DNA of 42,919 bases from Halocafeteria seosinensis. Lineage: Eukaryota. The stretch's first letter is position 1. Every line of letters begins with the position of its first letter. The position numbers and the translations under genes are program-made. The stretch is taken from positions 62,001 to 104,919 of the forward strand of contig LVLI01000633.1 of assembly GCA_001687465.1 (NCBI GenBank), written 5' to 3'. Under the pieces are notes generated by a model. That model saw nothing but the letters and a program-made list of their open reading frames with translations, ran no database searches and was not told the origin of the DNA. Shown piece after piece: positions 36,024 through 42,919 of this stretch.

Positions 36024-36338
36024 CTAGGCACGACGGACTGGCTTGACCCAATAATCTGTTACAAAGAGATCTTCCAGATGTTTTTTAGCCATGGTAGCAA
36101 ATTCGACATGCTTTTCGTGAACCAAGTAGTTATCTCTGTCTTCTTCTGAGAGGAAGGTCAGTTGAAAGATATGGGTGCAGCCTTTGTTTAATCCTTCAGA
36201 GCTGCAGTTCGTTCCCCACTCGAAGGAATGAATCAAAGGAATTTTCTCCATCAAACTCAGAAATTCTTCCTTGATAGTTCCAATCCTTTCTTCGGGAATG
36301 TCGTCTCTAAAGTTGAAGCAAACGATATGCCGTAGCAT
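36024..36338 (-). CDS. Stress-responsive A/B barrel (Dabb) domain protein
   Basis: MLRHIVCFNF, FEWGTNCSSEGLNKGCTHIFQLTF, RDNYLVHEKHVEF, DY. Confidence 0.9.
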   Translation of the reverse strand: MLRHIVCFNFRDDIPEERIGTIKEEFLSLMEKIPLIHSFEWGTNCSSEGLNKGCTHIFQLTFLSEEDRDNYLVHEKHVEFATMAKKHLEDLFVTDYWVKPVRRA

Positions 36339-37537
36339 TGCTGTGTGATGGAGTTGCTGTTAGGGTAGACGAGCAAGGAACAGATCAGTAAGGTAGCTGA
36401 CACGTACCCTCGCGATCGGCATGATGCAGCGACCCCTTTACGCTGCATACCGCCAATTTCCATATACATACGTACTTGTACTGGTAACTCTTGACGGAAC
36501 TTACTTTGACTTCTCGTCTGCACTACTCATGTTTGGAGTACAAACCTGTAAGTATTGAACACACGGGAACGATGAACCAATCCTCTCGGTCTACGAAGCA
36601 ACTGCCGTCCGCCCTAGAGCAAGTCGTCACTTCTTTGCTTTCGTCGTCCACCGCTGCTGGTGCATGGCCGAACTAACCGCTCGAGGGTGAGAAGCATGAG
36701 AAGAACAAATGCACACATGCGCGAGGGAATGTAAACAAACAAGCAACGAGAAGGAGATGCTGTCTGTCTGTTTTCTGTTCATGCTATTGATAGCACCTCC
36801 TCATGTCCACTCTAGCTGGTAGACGCAGTGGGAATGGGCAGGGGCATTGCGTGGAGACTTACGCGTATTTCTTTTGGCTTGTGTTCCGATGCAACCTTGC
36901 TCTTTCCCGCTTTTTCTTTAGATATGTGCGTGGAATCGTTACTACCAACCCCAGGAATTGACTTTGGGGCTCATGCCATGAACATGCTCCAACGACGACG
37001 AAGATGTGACTGATGGCCCACCGGCAGCTGGATGTGCTCCATGCACACTTCACAAAGTCAACTAACCAGATACAGGTGCCAGTAGTGTATATTACTGACA
37101 AAAAAAATAAAAATAAAAATAAAAAAATGCTTACGGTGTATCGGACGTCCTAGTACATCCATATGCATGTATGAGTGTTTCCGATTGTCAATATTTACAG
37201 ACTGCAGTAGCAAGGTATGCGATGGGGAGACCCCGTTCGGGTATCCGCTATCAGGCAGTCCGCAAACTGGAGGACAGAGAGGGTTTCCGCCTGCTTATTC
37301 GCTATGCATCGACACATACACACACATCATGTCATCGATGGAAGACAGGGAATCGTTCACATGGACGAGTGGGCAATCATACTTTGGGTATTCCCATAAT
37401 CACGTTCATAGGAATATTGTGTCATCAATCAATACGGTATTACTGGGGACCAACTTAATAGTTGTATGATCTCAAACGAGGCCAAGTCACTTGAGCTGAT
37501 TCTCAAGTCATCAGGATGGCAGGATGGCTTTGACAGA

Positions 37538-39340
37538 TCATGCCGAGCGCACATGCGAAAACTCAAAGTTAGTGCCCCCATCCTGATCCCCCCCGTTTGT
37601 CTCTGAGTCTTCTTTAGCAGCCAAGTTGTCCTTTCCCGCAGCATTGTGAGAAATCACTGATTGGCCTCTCAGACTCCCTTCTACAGAACTAACTACTTGC
37701 ACCAAATTGTATATGAGCAGGGTGGGCCCAGACAGCAGCCAATGCAGTAGATTTCGAAGCCAGGAGATTTCCTCTTCTATGCCACCGATTCTGCAGGCAA
37801 CGGCATCCAGAATGAAAACGACCCCAAAACCAATGTACGAGAAGATCAGGGACCCAATACCAACCCACTGTAAGAGGGTGTTACTGTAACCATTGTGCTC
37901 GTCGCACACAGGAAGCCCGTCGGACGAAAGGATGCGACGCCAAATTTGCTTCGCAGCTTCCGCTGTAACAGTGCTCAGGAGGAGACTACACAGGACAAAC
38001 CCGTAATAGTGAGTAAACAAAACGTGATATCGAATACCGCTCCAGAATGAAAAATTCCCTCGCAGTTGTTTGGACACGAAATAATGGTACACAGCCATAG
38101 TTCCAATGCACCAGCGCCTTATCTGGCGAGACCACTCGTAGATCTCTTCACACCAGCTGTTACCGGAGGTTGGTCCCGAAATAAGAACGATGGGAACCAA
38201 GTCTACAGGCACATAGCCGCGAAGTGCTTTCATGCAGGTAACGATATGCACCACATCGTCCATGACATGGAAGGGGTGGATAAAATCGCATCGGATCAGC
38301 AAGTCCACCGAAAAGCTAAACGTGCTCATGGGATTCAAGGACTGTCCTATGAGGAAGGCGCACATGAACGCGGTTCGCATCAGCCCAGTGCACCGAACAA
38401 ACCATGGGCGTTGGTCCAGCATCAAATTGTAAAAGAGAGGGCATTGCCAAATAACCCCGTGGGGGTTTTCATGAGTAAGAAATGCATATCCTATATACTC
38501 AAAATAATGCGGAGGAAAAACTGTATCCGTGTCGCAGGAGGTGCATATCATGGAATCACGAAGTAAGCTCTTCGTGCTGGCCAATCTGGAAACAATCTGT
38601 CTCCAGGCATAGTTGGCATTTGAGCAAGCGCCTGGTCTTTCCATTGGACACCAATTTCTAGGATGACGAGTGACCAGCAAATCAGAAAAGACGCCCGCGT
38701 ATTCCTTGTAGAACGCTTCGTCATATCCTTGTGGAGATCCTTCCTCTAGTGCGATCACTACTATTAGGTCTTTTGCTACAGTTTGATGTTGTAGTGACGT
38801 TATGGTGCTGAACATGAGTTCCAGAGGTTCCTTGTAGGCTCTCATCAGCACAATATGCTTCAACCTTTCCGTCCTTGGATCGTCCTTCGGGTACTTGGAT
38901 TTCCAAGAAGAGACTTGCGCTGCTTGTTGTAACTTGACTATGACGTATGTACACTTGACGGCGACGTATCCTAATACAGCCGCCCCGTACAACTGTATGA
39001 CCATGACGAACATTTGCCCTGAACGGCAGTCCAAAGGAAGCAAATAGAACGGCAAGAAAGGTACCCCCAGGGCGAACAACAGGGTCCACAACATCGACCA
39101 TCTCCAGAAGGCCTGTACATGCTTCTCACCACGCGCAGGATATAAAACGTCCTCATCCAGAGCTGTTTCGGTCCGTTTCCTCCCTTCCAACAACAGAGCA
39201 GAGTGTTTCCTAAGATGCTGGTGCTCGTAGGACCTGGCCTCGGAGCTGAAGGCTCGAAGCGAAGCAAAATAGTCTTTTGTGCTTTGCTCACCATTGGTTG
39301 AGCTACTCCTACCTAGCAGGGATTCATCCATGGAAGACAT
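37538..39340 (-). CDS. Membrane-integral processive family 2 glycosyltransferase, intronless
   Basis: N-terminal TM pair, HIVLMRAYKEP, DTD (DxD), DD, QIRRW (QxxRW) and C-terminal TM segments. Product unknown. Confidence 0.85.
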   Translation of the reverse strand: MSSMDESLLGRSSSTNGEQSTKDYFASLRAFSSEARSYEHQHLRKHSALLLEGRKRTETALDEDVLYPARGEKHVQAFWRWSMLWTLLFALGVPFLPFYLLPLDCRSGQMFVMVIQLYGAAVLGYVAVKCTYVIVKLQQAAQVSSWKSKYPKDDPRTERLKHIVLMRAYKEPLELMFSTITSLQHQTVAKDLIVVIALEEGSPQGYDEAFYKEYAGVFSDLLVTRHPRNWCPMERPGACSNANYAWRQIVSRLASTKSLLRDSMICTSCDTDTVFPPHYFEYIGYAFLTHENPHGVIWQCPLFYNLMLDQRPWFVRCTGLMRTAFMCAFLIGQSLNPMSTFSFSVDLLIRCDFIHPFHVMDDVVHIVTCMKALRGYVPVDLVPIVLISGPTSGNSWCEEIYEWSRQIRRWCIGTMAVYHYFVSKQLRGNFSFWSGIRYHVLFTHYYGFVLCSLLLSTVTAEAAKQIWRRILSSDGLPVCDEHNGYSNTLLQWVGIGSLIFSYIGFGVVFILDAVACRIGGIEEEISWLRNLLHWLLSGPTLLIYNLVQVVSSVEGSLRGQSVISHNAAGKDNLAAKEDSETNGGDQDGGTNFEFSHVRSA

Positions 39341-39653
39341 AGTGCGAGCGTGTAATATCTATCTCCACCACCGTACAACACGGATGTGTGTGAATTATTT
39401 CACCTTGTTTTGTTGTGTGTCAGCTAGCAGCCTCGTCCTCATGCTTGTCCGGCTAGCGTCGGAGTCGAGCCGCTGGACCGTGACCACGCATACAACGAGG
39501 AACCTGGATAGACGTTGCTAGAAAGAACCAATCCTTTCAAAACAAATAAAGGTGCAGATAGTTGTACAGTAGGTAACTCGCTTCACAACGATATTCCCCA
39601 GCGGCTGGGGCAAGATTGTCCGGTCCGGTCCGGTTTCCGCAGGTCATGATCGA

Positions 39654-42600
39654 TCAATGATGGACAAGCCCCCGTACTCTTGGATTCGTGCAGTAGAATA
39701 AAATATGCCGCCAGACCTCTATTCGCTGCTGAGCGTACATCAACGGTTGGCTGCAACAGGGACATTGTGGACATGCACTATAGATGTCTGGGCGCTCAAG
39801 GATAGTCTCCCACACCAATAGTGCCATCCCGCTTCTCAAGCGCATAGAAGTCAGTAGTACCATCGGTTGTTCAGGTGTGTCATCCGGAAGTCGAGTAGCC
39901 TGGCCAGCACTTTGCTTGAGACGAATCGGGCGACGTAAACTGCGAAGAGGAGCCGGGCCATGTAGTATCCATTCGGAACCAGAAAGAGGCGTCGAGTTCA
40001 TTGATTGGATGTTGGTGTTTCGGTGCACAGGAAGATTGAGCATCATTTCTGATTGTACTGGAGCGATGACATAGGGGAACGGATACCAATAAGGGAGATG
40101 GACCAATGCGGCACCCGTTAGTGGATTCCCCCTTCGACGAGATAACGCCGCAAGTGCGTCTGCCTTGCTGTTCTCCATTACACCAGGCGTAGAGGGATCG
40201 TTCTGGTGCGCTCGGATCCACGTAATTTCGCATATTACTCCAGCTTCCATCAGGTAGTGGAGGAGTGTTCCGTAGAAGCCACCGAGGGTATGTAACTGAA
40301 GCCATTTGTGCGGATTCTTCAGAATAATCTTCAGGCCCTGGTTGTCGGTTGTCAGGTGACAGATTCGTTTATGTTTAGACATCATTTGCCAGCCTTCTAG
40401 CGCTGCTCCTGCGATTTCGGCATACATGCTTGAAGGCGCCGCTGGCCATAATGACCCTGTCAATGTGGGAATTACGGTGTAGTAGGTTCCAGCGTCTGAG
40501 TTGTGGGGTTTTGCACTATGGCGCCTGCGCCTCACAAGTATGAGTCCCCATCATTTGTACAGGATCCATCAGTGTAAACCATGAGGGGGTCCAGGTCTCT
40601 ATGCGTTGCTGTTGCACGCAAAAATTCGGCGCGGGCTTCTTCCAGTGTCCTTCGATCGTTTCATACTTGTAGGAAGGTCCATTCATTAATCAATAACACA
40701 CAATCGCGTCTCCAGGAGCGAATATGTAGGTCCGTAGAGTAACTCGAGTTGGTCGCGTCGGAATTTCATCACACAGCGGTACAACATGCAGGTTTAGAAA
40801 TGTAAGATATTCTCTGCATACTTTGAACAGCTGCATTGATGCTTTGCGGTGTTGGTAAAAGTGTTAACAGGAAATCTTAGAGGATCCTCTCCCGTCTTCG
40901 AGGACAGTCTTCCATGCTGCAAAAATTCATGACACAGAGAGTTCCGCCACATAAGGATCTCCTTTTGGCGCATGCGAAACGACACGAGATCGCGACGTTC
41001 TCTACGCACTTTGTTAATATGTCGCTCAGCTTCCTTACAAGAAGTAGTGTCAGTGACTGCGCGAAAGAAGTGGTGCAGAAATTCTTCGGCTCCTCGACGT
41101 GCAATGTCAACGACTCCTGCTCCTCCTGTCTTGGGAGCTGCATACATTACATCATCAGCGATACGAGTATCAAACACCCGCTTTAAGCAGTTCCTTATAT
41201 AGTCCAAGTCGTGAAACCTCCAACAGGAAGATCCGCAGATGTAAAGTAGTTTGGGTATCCCGACCATGTCGATCACCATCGTCCGTACGTGTGCCGAGCA
41301 GGTATTCGCACGAAGTTGCTCTTCCAGTCTTTGTAAAATTTCCTTTACCTTTTGACGCAATCCAGTTATGCTGCCATCCGGAGAATAGTGGAGCCACTGG
41401 AGACCAAGGTACCTAGAGGTACTGGCCCCAGTGATGGTCAGCAGTTGCTGTCCCCTGAATGTCACTGCTGTCGTTTGGCTACTCTGTCCGTGGAGAATCG
41501 ACTTGGTAGGATTTACTTTCTGCATAGTTAAAGCGAAGAAATTGTCACAAATGTTGAGTGAGAGCTGCGCATCCTCCACAGATGAATGATACAGTACGAA
41601 GTGACGTCATCCGCATGTGCCACACACGTGACCCTGTTAGAGTTAAACTGGATTCCGTTCAACGATTCATCTAAAGCATAAGGAGCCCATCCATAGATAG
41701 GACATACTACACGCAGGAGAGAGGGCATCCTTGCCGAAGTGTCTCGTAAGGTATTTTCCCTAACCCGGTTGTGGTGAACCAGTAAGTTTGTGGTTCCGCT
41801 CCCACTCCCACTTCGTGGCACTCCCATCCCACGGGCTTAGCGCCCGGATCTCCGGGCTTGGAGCCCGGTCAACAAACAACCACCTAGACGCTGATCCAGA
41901 CGATAACATTTATCTCTATCATCCGATCTTCGTTATAGCTTTAAGACGGTCCTGTCAGAAATACACTGAGGGCACTGTCCCACCTCCCACTCCCATCCGG
42001 GCGCAAAGATCTCCGGGCTTGGAGCCCGGATGCTTATGCTTTCAAACAGTCGCCTAGATGCTGATGCCGCTGATATTACCATTTCGCTCCATCATCCAAT
42101 CTTCGTTACAGCTCAATTGACTTGCGGAAATCGAACGAGACTCCCGGTGGGTGGGTGGGTTTGTCATAGTGCGTTCGTTAAAGTCCATTCGGTACTTCGA
42201 GAACTGTCGCGTCGGCATGCATTCCAACGGTACAGTGGGCCGTGCGGAACTACGATCGGCTTGCGCACTTCCTTTGGAATGGGGCGCAATAGAGTAACTT
42301 TGTAGACAGCCGGAACTTCGCCAGTTTGTAGAACGTCTGTAAGAACTCCGGCAATTGCTTGCCGAATTTGCAAGTGTTAAATGGGCCAAAGTTGTAGAAC
42401 TCTTAAAGCTATGTAATGCACATATTTTAACAAGTTATCACTGCAAGCGCAACTTGTTAAAATCAATGCATACATATTACGGAAGACAACCAGACGCTCC
42501 GCTCTCAAACCGCGGACAATGGGCAGACAGCAACCTATATGTTGCTGACGTAGAACTGGGTGGCCGTACTCGAATAGAGCAGCCTTCAGTATTTTTTGAT
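39654..42600 (-). mobile_element. Degenerate non-LTR retrotransposon (RT, RNase H and C-terminal Cys/His motif), apparently 5'-truncated
   Basis: GEVPAVYKVTLLRPIPK, LRQGCPLS, AHADD, QKVNPTKS, RYLG; RNase H VYTDGS, AEI, TDNQ, WIRAH...NSKADALA; CPCC...HILFYC. Multiple stops and frameshifts; no endonuclease or tail seen; boundaries approximate. Confidence 0.88.
41800..42113. repeat. Two diverged direct repeats of about 130-140 nt inside the RT region
   Basis: 41800-41940 versus 41984-42113 share CTCCCACTCCCA, GATCTCCGGGCTTGGAGCCCGG, CCTAGAYGCTGAT and ATCATCCRATCTTCGTTAYAGCT. Confidence 0.85.
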
Positions 42601-42919
42601 GATTGATGGATGATTAACTTCCTTCGTGAAGGAGTCTTGAATCCGAAACATTCCAGATATTTTACCTTGAAACCGAAGAATACCATCTAGGCTAAGAGGC
42701 GACAGGCGACTAGGGTGGGACAAAATTCACTCAGTGAAATCTTCAAAAATTCACCCTGCGCCTTGCACTACTTCAACCTGTGGAAATAGAGGCCTCATAC
42801 GAATATGCATAGATTGTCATCGGAACATATACTCAATGGAAAGAAACAGTATATACTGTAGAACCAATCCATGAAAGTTGTGATAATGGTACTTTCTTTA
42901 TCCAATAGAATACGCACTC

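Noticed and set aside
37099..37127. A-rich (AAAAAT)n tract as a poly(A) tail from 3' transduction of GT2 by the retroelement
   Set aside because: It is on the wrong strand for the minus-strand element, and no target-site duplication is visible
41800..42113. CRISPR array or hammerhead/HDV ribozyme reading of the repeats
   Set aside because: Only two long diverged units in a eukaryotic context, and no ribozyme core motifs found by eye
1..42919. tRNA, rRNA or snRNA genes and an alternative genetic code
   Set aside because: No RNA-gene signatures seen by eye; TAA, TAG and TGA all end well-supported genes, and ORF fragmentation is explained by introns

Overview
Gene-dense eukaryotic (probably protist) DNA with many short GT-AG introns of about 60-100 nt, standard genetic code, and a centriole gene; the lineage cannot be fixed from this window. 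Left to right: three tandem leishmanolysin/GP63 (peptidase M8) genes, two of them fused to a doubled tetraspanin-like membrane module; an unknown, probably mitochondrial protein; an LtrA-like membrane protein; SAS-4/CENPJ; a decayed XK-domain paralog next to an intact LRR-XK fusion gene; malonyl-CoA:ACP transacylase; a NAA50-like acetyltransferase; S-adenosylmethionine decarboxylase preceded by a spliced uORF ending W-P-S-stop; CHMP1; a Dabb barrel protein; an intronless processive GT2; and a degenerate RNase H-bearing non-LTR retrotransposon with a duplicated hairpin-containing unit in its RT. The strongest candidates for new biology are the M8 protease-tetraspanin fusion, the LRR-XK scramblase fusion and the PS* uORF on AdoMetDC. 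All gene models were spliced by hand and no database search was run.
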